A DNA stretch of 64,000 bases, taken from assembly GCA_035693105.1 (NCBI GenBank), contig DASSHC010000467.1, positions 4,157 to 68,156 of the forward strand. Direction: 5' to 3'. Made by a program: the position numbers and the translations under genes. Shown in pieces: positions 8,340-19,519 of the stretch (its first letter is position 1; each line of letters opens with the position of its first letter). Under the pieces are notes generated by a model. The model was not told where the DNA came from. It ran no database searches and was given only the letters and a program-made list of their open reading frames with translations. The DNA is from Thermomicrobiaceae bacterium (GTDB lineage Bacteria > Chloroflexota > Chloroflexia > Thermomicrobiales > Thermomicrobiaceae).

Positions 8340-10064
8340 CTACGGCGTCGCCTTTGCCTCAGGTGTCGCCGGCGCGCCGACCATGAACCAGTCTTCGACG
8401 TTGGCGAAGCGACCGCTGGGGTCAACCAGCGGCTCCGCGGTCACCCCGTGCACGCTGCTGGCCACGACGTAGAAAAAGCGCGGATAGTAGAGCACGATTG
8501 CCGGTGTTTGGGCGGCGAATTCCCGCTGAAAGTTGGCATAGATCTCCGACCGCTTGTCGCTGCCACTCGTCTCCCGTCCCTGCTCCAGCAGCCGGTCGAG
8601 CGTCGTATCGGTCAAACCGGTGAAGTTCAACCCTTCGTCCGCCTGGGATGAGTGCCAGAGCTGGTAGCAATCTGGATCGCCGGTGGGCGACTCCCAGCCG
8701 AAAATGGCGGCGGTGAACTGGTGGCCGGTCAACGCCTGCGCCACCTCGTTCGAGGGCACCGGCTGCACCTGTGCCCGGATATTGACCGCCGCTAACTCCC
8801 GCGCGATTTCGGTCGCCACCGCTACCCGCTGCGGGTCGTCGCCGTTAACCAGCAGCGGGAAGCTGAGGTCGGACCCGCCCTTGTCGAGCACGCCGTCGCC
8901 GTTGGAATCAGTCCAGCCTGCGGCGTCGAGCACCTGCCGTGCCGCGGAGGGATCGTGCGGGGTGGCCTGCGGCGAGAACGCCCAGGATGCGCGCGGGATC
9001 GGGCCGTCGCCCGGCGCCGCCTGGTTCGGCAGGATCTGATTCACAATCGACTCCCGGTCGATCGCCAGAGAGATCGCCCGTCGCACGTCGAGGCTGGAAA
9101 ACGGGAGCGCCCGCAGGTTGAAGAAGAGTGCAGTATAGCCCGACAGAAGCGGCGCATAGGCCGTGACCGTCGTGGGCAGCGCGCCAGGAAGCAGCACCGT
9201 GCTGGCCGGCAGCGAGCCCGTGCCCTGAATCCGACTTGAGCGCAGCGCATCGAGCAGCGAATCCGTATCCTGGTAAAAGTGAAAGCTCATCGTGGCGAGG
9301 TGCGGCGGCTGCCGGAAGTAGGCGGTGTTCGCGCGCAATGTCAGCGTGTGTGAGCTGCGATCGTACCGTTCGAACTTGAAGGGTCCCGTGCCGACCGGGG
9401 ACGTGCTGAATGCGCTCTCTTTCAGATCCCGCGCCAGCACGCCCCCAAGGATGTGCTGCGGCAGGATCGGCAAGGCGGCATAGCTGGGGAAGGCCGCGAA
9501 TGGCTCTCGCAACTGAAAGACGACCGTCGCGTCGTCCGGCGTTACGACGAGGATTCCGCGCCAGAAGCGGGCCAGGGACGCGTCACCGGAAAAATCCGGA
9601 TCCTGGATCAGTCCGACGGTGAAGCGCACATCCCGCGAGCTGAATGGCTGGCCGTCGTGCCAGCGCGCGTCGTGCCGCAGTTTGAACGTATACGTGCGTC
9701 CGTCGTTGGAGGCCGACCATTCGCTGGCGAGATCCGGCGTGACGGTGCCCGAGCCATCGACGCGGGTCAACCCATCGAAGATGACCGCGCCGACATCGCG
9801 CTCGCTCTGGCTGGAGGCCAACAGCGGATTCAGCGTGGCCGGCAGCCCGATCTCACCCTCGACGTAGTCGCCGGCGATGCCGCTCGGAGCAACTGGTGCG
9901 GTTGGTGTCGCGCCGAGCAGCGCCAGTTGGGGCGTGCCGGCCGGCGCCGTCACCCGCTGGGCCCAAATGAAGCCGACGGCGCCCAGCAGAAGAGCGACCA
10001 GCGCCAGCGGCACGAGCAGCCGAAACGGTCGCCTGCGTTGACGCCGGCGAGAGCCGTAGCTCAC
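8340..10064 (-). CDS. ABC transporter substrate-binding protein, family 5 (peptide/nickel type)
   Basis: N-terminal Arg-rich region plus TM anchor. Length and blocks (GLPATLNPLL, FDGLTRVD, TYTFKLR..ARWHDG.PF) are typical of SBP family 5. GTG start 6 nt after the secG stop. Confidence 0.85.
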   Translation of the reverse strand: MSYGSRRRQRRRPFRLLVPLALVALLLGAVGFIWAQRVTAPAGTPQLALLGATPTAPVAPSGIAGDYVEGEIGLPATLNPLLASSQSERDVGAVIFDGLTRVDGSGTVTPDLASEWSASNDGRTYTFKLRHDARWHDGQPFSSRDVRFTVGLIQDPDFSGDASLARFWRGILVVTPDDATVVFQLREPFAAFPSYAALPILPQHILGGVLARDLKESAFSTSPVGTGPFKFERYDRSSHTLTLRANTAYFRQPPHLATMSFHFYQDTDSLLDALRSSRIQGTGSLPASTVLLPGALPTTVTAYAPLLSGYTALFFNLRALPFSSLDVRRAISLAIDRESIVNQILPNQAAPGDGPIPRASWAFSPQATPHDPSAARQVLDAAGWTDSNGDGVLDKGGSDLSFPLLVNGDDPQRVAVATEIARELAAVNIRAQVQPVPSNEVAQALTGHQFTAAIFGWESPTGDPDCYQLWHSSQADEGLNFTGLTDTTLDRLLEQGRETSGSDKRSEIYANFQREFAAQTPAIVLYYPRFFYVVASSVHGVTAEPLVDPSGRFANVEDWFMVGAPATPEAKATP

Positions 10065-10070
10065 CGCGCG

Positions 10071-10292
10071 CTAGAGGAGGAACGACGCGAGGATGGATAC
10101 GACGACGAAGACGACGGCAACGCCGATGGTGAACTCGTAGAGCGTCTTCTCCAGCCCACGCCGCGTGCGGTAGATCGAGGACGAACTGCCTCCGAACGCG
10201 CCGCTGAAGCCCGAGCCTTTGCTCTGCATCAGCACCACGATCATCAGCACCACCGAAACGATGATCATGCCCGTGTACAAGGCGGTCGACAT
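10071..10292 (-). CDS. secG: Preprotein translocase subunit SecG
   Basis: Internal ATG 10292 of ORF 10071..10868 (GGAGG upstream) gives a 73-aa two-TM protein containing LMQSKGSGFSGAFGG. Conserved position after tpiA. Confidence 0.8.
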   Translation of the reverse strand: MSTALYTGMIIVSVVLMIVVLMQSKGSGFSGAFGGSSSSIYRTRRGLEKTLYEFTIGVAVVFVVVSILASFLL

Positions 10293-10360
10293 CGAGGAGC
10301 CTCCGAAGGCCAGTCGATCGAATACAGTCGCGGCTGAACTATACCACCCGCGTCGAGCCG

Positions 10361-11125
10361 CTAATCCACCGCGGAACTGGCGATGATCTGAGCGAATTGG
10401 TCGGGACGCAGGCTGGCGCCGCCCACCAGCAGTCCGTCGATCTCGACCAGTTGCATGAAGGCGCTGGCGTTGGCCGGATTGACGCTCCCGCCGTACTGGA
10501 TGCGTACCCGCAGCGCCGCGTGCTCGCCGGCCAGATCGGTGAGCACCGCGCGAATGTGCGCCGCCATCTGGCTGGCATCGTCCGGTGTGGCCGCGTGGCC
10601 CGTCCCGATAGCCCAGACCGGCTCGTAGGCGATCACCACGGCATCGGTGTCGAGCTCGGCCGCCGGGATGCCGTTCAGCGCGCTGCGAAGCTGCCGCGTG
10701 ACCGTTGCCGTCGCCTGCCCGGCCGCGCGCTGCTCCAGGGTCTCCCCGACGCAGAGGATCGGCCGGAGCTGATTGCGCAGTACCGCGCGAAACTTCCCCG
10801 CCACCTGCTCGTCGCTCTCGTGTAGGATGTGCCGTCGCTCGCTGTGACCCACGATGACGTAGTGGCAATAGGGAGCCAGCATCTTGGCGGAGACTTCGCC
10901 GGTGAACGCGCCTTCGTCCTCAGTGGCGCAATCCTGCGCGCCCAGCATGAAGCCGGCGGCGGCGGCGCGATCGATCAAGGGCACGATCCAGGGGAAGGGC
11001 GGGCAGAGCACGCGCTCCGCCGTGTCGGATGGCTGCACCAGCCCCGCCAGATCGCGCACGATGACCTCGGCGGCCTCCAGCGTGGTGTGCATCTTCCAGT
11101 TGCCGGCGATGATCGTCTTACGCAT
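10361..11125 (-). CDS. tpiA: Triosephosphate isomerase
   Basis: MRKTIIAGNWKMH, VGHSERR, AYEPVWAIGTG, YGGS. The start overlaps the pgk stop by 8 nt. Confidence 0.95.
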   Translation of the reverse strand: MRKTIIAGNWKMHTTLEAAEVIVRDLAGLVQPSDTAERVLCPPFPWIVPLIDRAAAAGFMLGAQDCATEDEGAFTGEVSAKMLAPYCHYVIVGHSERRHILHESDEQVAGKFRAVLRNQLRPILCVGETLEQRAAGQATATVTRQLRSALNGIPAAELDTDAVVIAYEPVWAIGTGHAATPDDASQMAAHIRAVLTDLAGEHAALRVRIQYGGSVNPANASAFMQLVEIDGLLVGGASLRPDQFAQIIASSAVD

Positions 11126-12317
11126 CTTCACCCTCGTCTTTGACAGCCAACACCGCGATGCCCGGCAACGCGCGTCCCTCCAGGAACTCGAGCGAAGCGC
11201 CGCCGCCGGTCGAGATGTGCGAGATCTGGTCCGCCAGTCCCATCTGTTCGAGTGCCGCGACCGAGTCGCCGCCGCCGACCACCGAGAAGGCGTCCGAGCG
11301 CGCCACTGCCTCAGCCACGCCGCGCGTTCCAGCCGCGAAGGCCGGCGTCTCGAAGACGCCCATCGGCCCATTCCAGACGAGCATTCTCGCGCCCCGGATC
11401 ACCTCGGCAAAGGCGGCCACCGTCGCCGGGCCGATGTCCAGCATTGCTTGCTCCGGCGGAACGCGGTCGACTGGAACCACGCGCGCACCCTCGGATTCAT
11501 TCGGGCCGGCCGCGACGACGGCATCGAGCGGCAGCTTCAGCGCCACCCCACGCTCGCGCGCGCGCCGCAGCGTGTCGCGCGCCACGTCCAGCTTGTCGGG
11601 CTCGCTGAGCGAGCGTCCGATGTCCTGCCCCTCGGCCTGCAGGAAGGTATTGGCCATCCCGCCGCCGATGAGGACCGCGTCGGCCTTGTCCAGCAGATTC
11701 TCGACCACGCCGATCTTGTCGGAGACTTTGGCTCCGCCCACGATCAGCACGAAAGGATGTTCCGGGCGGTTGAGCACCCGCGAGAGGACGTCGACCTCGT
11801 CCTGCATCAGCAGACCGGCGGCCGACGGGAGATAATTCGTCACGCCGACGGTCGAGGCGTGGGCTCGGTGCGCGGCCCCAAAGGCATCGTCGATGTAGAC
11901 ATCGGCCAGAGCGGCCAGCGCCCGGGCGAAGGCGGGGTCGTTCTGCTCTTCACCCGGCTCGAAACGCAGGTTCTCCAGCAGCAGCACCTGGCGCGGCTCC
12001 AGCGCCGCTGCCATCGCTCGCGCGTCGGGACCGACCACGTCGTGGGCGTAGCCCACGGGCTGCCCCAGCAGCTCGCTCAGTCGGCCCGCGATCGGTGCCA
12101 GGCGCAGCGAATCCACCACCTGGCCCCGCGGGCGGCCCAGGTGCGAGGCCAGGATGATGCGCGCCCCACGCTCCTGCAGCGTGTGGATCGTCGGCAGCAC
12201 CGCGCGGATGCGCGTGTCATCCGTAACCTGACTATGCGACAGCGGCACGTTGAAATCGACGCGCACCAGCACGCGCTTGTCGACCACCGGCAGATCCGCC
12301 ATTGTGCGGAGCTTCAT
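11118..12317 (-). CDS. pgk: Phosphoglycerate kinase
   Basis: KRVLVRVDFNVPL, SHLGRP, WNGPMGVFE, STGGGASLE. Start placed at ATG 12317 (MKLRTMADL). Confidence 0.95.
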   Translation of the reverse strand: MKLRTMADLPVVDKRVLVRVDFNVPLSHSQVTDDTRIRAVLPTIHTLQERGARIILASHLGRPRGQVVDSLRLAPIAGRLSELLGQPVGYAHDVVGPDARAMAAALEPRQVLLLENLRFEPGEEQNDPAFARALAALADVYIDDAFGAAHRAHASTVGVTNYLPSAAGLLMQDEVDVLSRVLNRPEHPFVLIVGGAKVSDKIGVVENLLDKADAVLIGGGMANTFLQAEGQDIGRSLSEPDKLDVARDTLRRARERGVALKLPLDAVVAAGPNESEGARVVPVDRVPPEQAMLDIGPATVAAFAEVIRGARMLVWNGPMGVFETPAFAAGTRGVAEAVARSDAFSVVGGGDSVAALEQMGLADQISHISTGGGASLEFLEGRALPGIAVLAVKDEGEDA

Positions 12318-12429
12318 CGCGGCCTTGGCTCCCTTCTTGGTGGACAGTGCGCTCCACTCTGCTAGGCCGTCGCGCACCAACCCGACGCATCCATGGGCGG
12401 AGAGTCAGTGGTCGTTCGCGGCTCACGCT

Positions 12430-12701
12430 CCCCTGTCATCCTGCGGTCGCTGCCGAAGGATCTCCAAGTTTCTCCACGATAGCGGCTACTCTCGTTGAGG
12501 AGAGCCGTTGCCGCTGGTCCTCCTGAGGCCGCAGCCGAAGGATCTTCTCTCCCGTGAAGCCTCACTGGCGCTCCACGATCAGGAGAGATCCTTCGCTGCG
12601 GCTCAGGATGACAGGGAGAGGTGCTCAGGCTACCCAGGGCGGCTTCGTTTCCCTGTCACGCTGTGGCCGGGGCCGAGCCATCTCGAAGCATCTCAAGGAT
12701 C
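12430..12701. repeat. Cluster of four REP/MITE-like palindromic units in the gap-pgk spacer
   Basis: Units 12430-12464, 12517-12550, 12582-12615 (inverted) and 12650-12701 (degenerate). The consensus is roughly CCCTGTCATCCTGAG-GCAGC-GAAGGATC. Units 2 and 3 are mutually complementary. Confidence 0.75.
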
Positions 12702-12734
12702 CGTACGCACGGCGGAACATGATTGTCCGGCTCG

Positions 12735-13751
12735 CTAGCCGATACCCTGCTCCGCCATCAAGGCCGCCAGATCAGCGACCCGGCAGGAGTAGCCCCATTC
12801 GTTGTCGTACCAGGCCACGATCTTGGCCATGCCATCCTCGAGCACCATGGTCGAGAGGCCGTCCACGATGGCCGAGTGTGAATCGCCCTTGAAGTCCATG
12901 GAGACCAGGGGATCCTCGGTGTAGTCGAGGATACCGGCCAATTGGTCTTCGGCGACCTCCTTGAAGACCGCGTTGATCGCGTCGGCGTTGGCCGGCTTCT
13001 CCAGCTCGGCGGTGAAATCGATCAGCGAGACCGTCGGCGTCGGTACGCGCAGCGCGAAGCCGTCGAACTTCCCCTTCAGCTCCGGGATCACCAGCGCCAC
13101 CGCCCGCGCCGCGCCGGTGGTGGTGGGAATGATGTTCAGCCCGGCCGCGCGCGCACGGCGCAGATCCCGGTGCGGCCCGTCGAGCAGCACCTGATCGCCA
13201 GTGTACGAGTGAACCGTCGTCATCAGGGCGCGCTTGATACCGAAGTGGTCGAAGACGACCTTGGCTACCGGAGCCAGGCAGTTGGTCGTGCAGGACGCGT
13301 TGGAGACGATGGTGTGCTTCTCCGGGTCGTAGGCGTCCTCGTTGACCCCAAGCACGATGGTGATGTCCTCGTTGCGCGCCGGCGCGGTGATGATGACCTT
13401 CTTTGCGCCGGCCTCGATGTGCGCTCGCGCCTTGGCGGCGTCGGTGAAGAACCCCGTCGACTCGATCACGAGATCGACTCCGAGATCCTTCCAGGGGAGC
13501 TTGCCGGGCTCCCGTTCGGAGAGCATCTTGATCACCTGGCCGTTGACGGTGATCGACGAGTCGTCGACTTCGACGTCGTCATCGTAGATGCCGTAGGTTG
13601 AGTCGTACTTGAGCAGATGCGCGGCGGTCTGAGGACTCATGAGGTCGTTGGTCGCCACGATCTCCAGGTCCTCGTCGTACTCCCCGAACATGGCTTTGAA
13701 GACCTGGCGCCCGATGCGGCCGAAGCCGTTGATGCCAACTCGTACCGTCAT
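12735..13751 (-). CDS. gap: Type I glyceraldehyde-3-phosphate dehydrogenase
   Basis: [30 protein letters not shown]. Confidence 0.95.
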   Translation of the reverse strand: MTVRVGINGFGRIGRQVFKAMFGEYDEDLEIVATNDLMSPQTAAHLLKYDSTYGIYDDDVEVDDSSITVNGQVIKMLSEREPGKLPWKDLGVDLVIESTGFFTDAAKARAHIEAGAKKVIITAPARNEDITIVLGVNEDAYDPEKHTIVSNASCTTNCLAPVAKVVFDHFGIKRALMTTVHSYTGDQVLLDGPHRDLRRARAAGLNIIPTTTGAARAVALVIPELKGKFDGFALRVPTPTVSLIDFTAELEKPANADAINAVFKEVAEDQLAGILDYTEDPLVSMDFKGDSHSAIVDGLSTMVLEDGMAKIVAWYDNEWGYSCRVADLAALMAEQGIG

Positions 13752-15154
13752 CTGAGACTCTCCTTACTCTGCGTCTGCCGCGTCAGCGGCAGCGCGGCGG
13801 TGACGGGCGGCCGGAACTCCTCTGGCGCGCCCGTGTCGGGGATCACTCCGGAGCCGTCCCGCGCCAGGCGCGCCTGCCGTGCGAGCTCCAGCAATTCACT
13901 GGCCAGCTTCGCCGGATCGTGACGCAGGGGCTTTTCCGCGCTGATGACATCACGCAGCAGGACACGCACACCCTGGAGGCCGTCGAGGCCGTCGAGCCCC
14001 ACCGCGTTGACCGACCATTCCGGTTTGATGCGCGCGATCACCGGATCGATGTTGCTGTTGACCAGGGCGTAGTCGATGATCCGCCCGTTGACATGCTGCT
14101 GCAGCGCGCGCACGTGATCGATCGCGCCGAAGTTGTCGGTCTCGCCGCGCTGCGTGGCCACATTGCAGACGTAGACCTTGGTCGCGGGAGAGCTACGAAT
14201 GGCGTGCGCGATGCCGGGGACCAGCAGGTTGGGGAGCACCGAGGTATAGAGGCTCCCCGGCCCCAGCACGATCACGTCGGCGGAGAGGAGCGCGATGATC
14301 GCGGGGTCGTAGGCTTGCGGCTCGCAGGGATCGAGGAAGATGCGCTTGATCGTGCCCCGCTCATTGGTGATGTTCGACTCGCCCCGGATCACCCGCCCAT
14401 CGGCCATCTCACCGCAAACGACGATGTCCTCCAGCGTCGAGGGCAGCACTTTGCCGCGCACCGCCAGCACGCGCGATGACTCGACCACGGCCTGCTCGAA
14501 GCTGCCGGAGACGCGCGTCAGCGCGGTGATGAAGAGATTGCCGAAGCTATGGCCATCCAGCGACGAGCCCTCTTCAAAACGGTACTGGAAGAGCTCGCTC
14601 ATCACCGACTCGTTGTCGGCCAGCGCGACGAGGCAGTTACGAATGTCGCCCGGCGGCGGGATGTTGAACTCGGTGCGCAGCCGCCCCGAGCTGCCCCCGT
14701 CATCGCCAACCGTCACGATCGCCGTGATGTCGATGTTGTGCAGCTTGAGCCCGCGCAGCAGCGTCGACAGGCCGGTGCCGCCGCCGACCGCCACCACGCG
14801 CAACTCCGGCGCGACCGGGCCGAAGCGGTGCCGCTGGATGATCTCGACCAACCCCTGACCATCGGCTCGCTGCGCCAGAAACGGCGCCAGCAGCGAGCGG
14901 CTGAGCTCGTAGAATGCGAAGAACACCCAGGCGGCGCCCAGGATCAGCAGGCCGATCTCGCGATACGGATGCGGAATGAATTGCAAGGTGACTGTCCGGA
15001 CGATCCCGGTCAGCTGGCTGGGGAAGTGATAGTTGCGATAGAGCCAGGCCAACCCCATGGCCAGCGCCAGGCTGGTCAGCACCAGGCCGGCAAAGAGCAT
15101 GACGACCCAGCGCTTGATGAACATGCCCGGTCGGAGCCATGTTCGGAGCTTCAT
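13748..15154 (-). CDS. yvcK: YvcK/CofD-family (UPF0052) gluconeogenesis-factor-like protein with N-terminal two-TM anchor
   Basis: ORF 13748..15652 trimmed to ATG 15154 (in frame). [33 protein letters not shown] and [10 protein letters not shown] are YvcK hallmarks. The stop overlaps the gap start (ATGA). Confidence 0.85.
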   Translation of the reverse strand: MKLRTWLRPGMFIKRWVVMLFAGLVLTSLALAMGLAWLYRNYHFPSQLTGIVRTVTLQFIPHPYREIGLLILGAAWVFFAFYELSRSLLAPFLAQRADGQGLVEIIQRHRFGPVAPELRVVAVGGGTGLSTLLRGLKLHNIDITAIVTVGDDGGSSGRLRTEFNIPPPGDIRNCLVALADNESVMSELFQYRFEEGSSLDGHSFGNLFITALTRVSGSFEQAVVESSRVLAVRGKVLPSTLEDIVVCGEMADGRVIRGESNITNERGTIKRIFLDPCEPQAYDPAIIALLSADVIVLGPGSLYTSVLPNLLVPGIAHAIRSSPATKVYVCNVATQRGETDNFGAIDHVRALQQHVNGRIIDYALVNSNIDPVIARIKPEWSVNAVGLDGLDGLQGVRVLLRDVISAEKPLRHDPAKLASELLELARQARLARDGSGVIPDTGAPEEFRPPVTAALPLTRQTQSKESLR

Positions 15155-15223
15155 TTGTCCCCCTGACGCCCCTCCGACGGCTGTAGCGCGCCCGATTATA
15201 GCATCGTCGCGCCCGCGGTCTGC

Positions 15224-15253
15224 TTGGCTGGGAAACCCAGCCTCTGCTATAAT
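15224..15253 (+). promoter_or_regulatory. Sigma-70-like promoter candidate upstream of nusA
   Basis: TTGGCT (15224-15229), 18-nt spacer, TATAAT (15248-15253). A perfect TATAAT is conspicuous in this GC-rich DNA. Confidence 0.35.
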
Positions 15254-15280
15254 TTCACAGGAACCGACAGCGCCCGGGAC

Positions 15281-15309
15281 AAGGTGGGCTCCGCCCACTT
15301 TCTTTTTTG
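15281..15309 (+). terminator. Intrinsic-terminator-like hairpin plus T-tract in the nusA leader (possible attenuator)
   Basis: aaggtgggc / gcccacttt stem (9 bp including one G-U, 3-nt loop) running into tttcttttttg. It is + strand specific and lies between the candidate promoter and the nusA RBS (AGGAGG 15380-15385). Confidence 0.5.
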
Positions 15310-15397
15310 CCCGGATTGCCCGGCGGTGCCCCATCCTGGCAACCCGCGCGGTGCATGAGGCGCCCTGACGGGTCGACAAAGGAGGTCTCCTAGAGCA

Positions 15398-16720
15398 ATG
15401 AAGAGCGATTTCTATACCGCGATCGCGATGATCGCACAGGAGCGCGGTATCCCCCGCGAAGCCGTGCTCGCCTCCGTCGAACAGGCACTGGCCACTGTCT
15501 ACAAAAAGATGTCGGGGATCGAGGGCGAGAACGTCCAGGTTGACCTGGAACCAAGCGCCGGCACCATTCGCATCTACGTCCTGAAGGACGTGGTCCCCGA
15601 GGTCGAAGACGACGCCACCCAGCTGACGGTTGCCGAAGCGCGGCAAACCCATCCCGAAGCGGTCATCGGGGATACGGTCCGCTTCGATCGCACGCCGCAG
15701 AATTTCGGCCGCATCGCGGCGCAGACGGCCAAGCAGGTCGTCTTGCAGCGCATCCGGGACTACGAGCGCGAGGGTATCTACAGCGAGTACATCGACCGCG
15801 TCGGCGAGGTGCTCAACGGCATCGTGCAGCGTGCCGACCCCAAGGCGGTCATCGTCGATCTCGGCAAGGCCGAGGCGGTCATGCCGGCGCGCGAGCAGGT
15901 GCCGTCTGAGCGCTACCGGCCCGGCCAGCGCGTTAAGGTCTACCTCCTGGAGGTCAACAAGGACCAGCGCGGTCCGCAGCTCATCGTCTCGCGCACCGCG
16001 CCGGCGCTGATCAAGCGGCTCTTCGAACTGGAGGTGCCGGAGATCTACAGCGGCGCGGTCGAGATCATGGCCGTGGCGCGTGAGCCCGGCCTGCGCTCAA
16101 AGGTCGCCGTGGCCGCGCGGCAGGAGAAGGTCGATCCGGTCGGCTCCTGCGTCGGCGTGCGCGGCGTGCGCATCCAGAACATCGTCAACGAGCTGTACGG
16201 CGAGAAGATCGACGTCATCGAGTGGTCGCCGGACATACCGACCTTCATCTCCAATGCCCTGAGCCCGGCCAAGCCGATCAGTGTCTCGCTCAGCGAGGAG
16301 GATAAGGTCGCCCGGGTCATCGTGCCGACCGACCAGATGTCGCTGGCGATCGGCAAGGACGGCCAGAACGCACGGTTGGCCTACAAGCTGACCGGCTGGC
16401 GCATCGATATCAAGGATCCCGAAACGCTGCGCAACAGCGGGGACGATTTGCTGGAGCAGGCGCGCGCCGCGTTGGCCGGTGTTTCGACCGATGTCATGGG
16501 CTTCGGCCGGCAGCCACGCCTGGTGCGCGGCGACGGCACCATCAGCGTACGCGGCCACGAGTTTGGCCCGCTTTCTCCGGATCTGGTCAGCATGAGCGTT
16601 GACGTCGAGATTCAGGACGGCGTGGTCAGCGTGTTCTACGAGCGCGATCTCCGCGCGCGGTTCGACTTCGAGACCGGCCATGAGTTGCCACTGACCGAAG
16701 AGGAGAACTCCCGGGTCTAG
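15398..16720 (+). CDS. nusA: Transcription termination/antitermination factor NusA
   Basis: N-terminal domain, S1 and two KH domains (e.g. DPVGSCVGVRGVRIQNIVNEL, AIGKDGQNARLAYKLTGWRIDI). Confidence 0.95.
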   Translation: MKSDFYTAIAMIAQERGIPREAVLASVEQALATVYKKMSGIEGENVQVDLEPSAGTIRIYVLKDVVPEVEDDATQLTVAEARQTHPEAVIGDTVRFDRTPQNFGRIAAQTAKQVVLQRIRDYEREGIYSEYIDRVGEVLNGIVQRADPKAVIVDLGKAEAVMPAREQVPSERYRPGQRVKVYLLEVNKDQRGPQLIVSRTAPALIKRLFELEVPEIYSGAVEIMAVAREPGLRSKVAVAARQEKVDPVGSCVGVRGVRIQNIVNELYGEKIDVIEWSPDIPTFISNALSPAKPISVSLSEEDKVARVIVPTDQMSLAIGKDGQNARLAYKLTGWRIDIKDPETLRNSGDDLLEQARAALAGVSTDVMGFGRQPRLVRGDGTISVRGHEFGPLSPDLVSMSVDVEIQDGVVSVFYERDLRARFDFETGHELPLTEEENSRV

Positions 16721-16767
16721 CAGCTGCGTCCCACCATGGGGTTCGCCGGACCAGGGAGCAGGAGACG

Positions 16768-17115
16768 ATGACCAATGAGCATGGAACGCGGGCTCGGCGC
16801 AAGGGGCCACGCCCCAAGCATGTCCCGCTGAGAACCTGTGTCGTCTGCCGACGAAAAGAGGCCAAGCGCGGCTTTGTGCGGATCGTGCGCACGCCGGAAG
16901 GCGCCATCACGATCGACTTGAGCGGCAAGGCCAATGGGCGGGGGGCCTACCTCTGTAGCGACCCCGCCTGTTGGCAGCGAGCCGCCGAGAGCACGATGCT
17001 CGATCGCGCGCTCAAGACGGAGTTGGGCCATGAGGCTCGGGCAGAGCTCCGCCGCTACGCGCGGGACCATTTCCGCCCGGACGCCAGCAGTCAGGACGCG
17101 ACCGCCGAGCCCTAA
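16768..17115 (+). CDS. ylxR: YlxR/DUF448 family RNA-binding protein
   Basis: PLRTCVVCRRKEAKRGFVRIV ... GRGAYLC. Conserved position between nusA and infB. Confidence 0.85.
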   Translation: MTNEHGTRARRKGPRPKHVPLRTCVVCRRKEAKRGFVRIVRTPEGAITIDLSGKANGRGAYLCSDPACWQRAAESTMLDRALKTELGHEARAELRRYARDHFRPDASSQDATAEP

Positions 17116-17130
17116 ACAAGGAGGAACCCT

Positions 17131-19044
<1,914 letters not shown>

Positions 19045-19129
19045 TCAGCGTTGGGGCGGCGCGCCCGCCCCAACCTACCCCCTCCCCTACGACCGCTTCG
19101 CCTGCCGTCGACGAAGGGAGCTGAAACCA

Positions 19130-19519
19130 ATGACCACGCGACGACAGCAGCAGGTCGGCGAGTTCATCCGCGAAGAAGTCAGCGAGATCATGAACCGCGA
19201 GCTCAAGGATCCCCGGCTCGGCATGGCCAGCATCACGCGGGTCGAGATGAGCCCGGATTTGCGCTACGCGCGTATCTTCATCTCCGTGCTGGGTACTCCG
19301 CAGGAGCAGGAGGAGACGCTAGCGGGGCTCTCCCACGCGGCGGGCTTCATTCGTCACCTGCTCAAGCCACGCATGCGCATCCGGCACGTCCCGGAGTTGG
19401 TCTTTCGGGCCGACCATTCAATGGAGCACGCCGCCGAGATGGCGCGCACGCTACGGTCGCTCGATCTGCCGCCCGCGCAAACGGGCGCCAAACCAGGAGA
19501 AGAGCGTGAGCCTGAGTAA
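19130..19519 (+). CDS. rbfA: Ribosome-binding factor A
   Basis: Internal ATG 19130 of ORF 18722..19519 (AAGGGAG upstream). RQQQVGEFIREEVSEIM...DPRLG..SITRVEMSPDLRYARIFIS. Confidence 0.9.
   Translation: MTTRRQQQVGEFIREEVSEIMNRELKDPRLGMASITRVEMSPDLRYARIFISVLGTPQEQEETLAGLSHAAGFIRHLLKPRMRIRHVPELVFRADHSMEHAAEMARTLRSLDLPPAQTGAKPGEEREPE

Noticed and set aside
10884-12365. 493-aa + strand ORF opposite pgk (also 24535..25893, 37353..38750, 52710..54395 and 60905..62686 opposite MFS, DegT, MBL/DmpA and adk/secY)
   Set aside because: All are antisense shadows of well-supported genes with a low-complexity Arg/Gly/Ala/His/Asp composition. None has a plausible RBS or motif.
12362-12892. Small ORFs (67, 74, 76, 82, 112 aa) inside the gap-pgk spacer
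   Set aside because: They are translations of the palindromic repeat units on both strands. They have no RBS and no coherent codon bias.
15057-15368. 103-aa + strand ORF upstream of nusA as a possible rimP
   Set aside because: It has no similarity to RimP as I know it and overlaps the yvcK 5' end antisense. It runs through the promoter and terminator elements, and the translation is Pro/Ala/Arg/Ser-rich.
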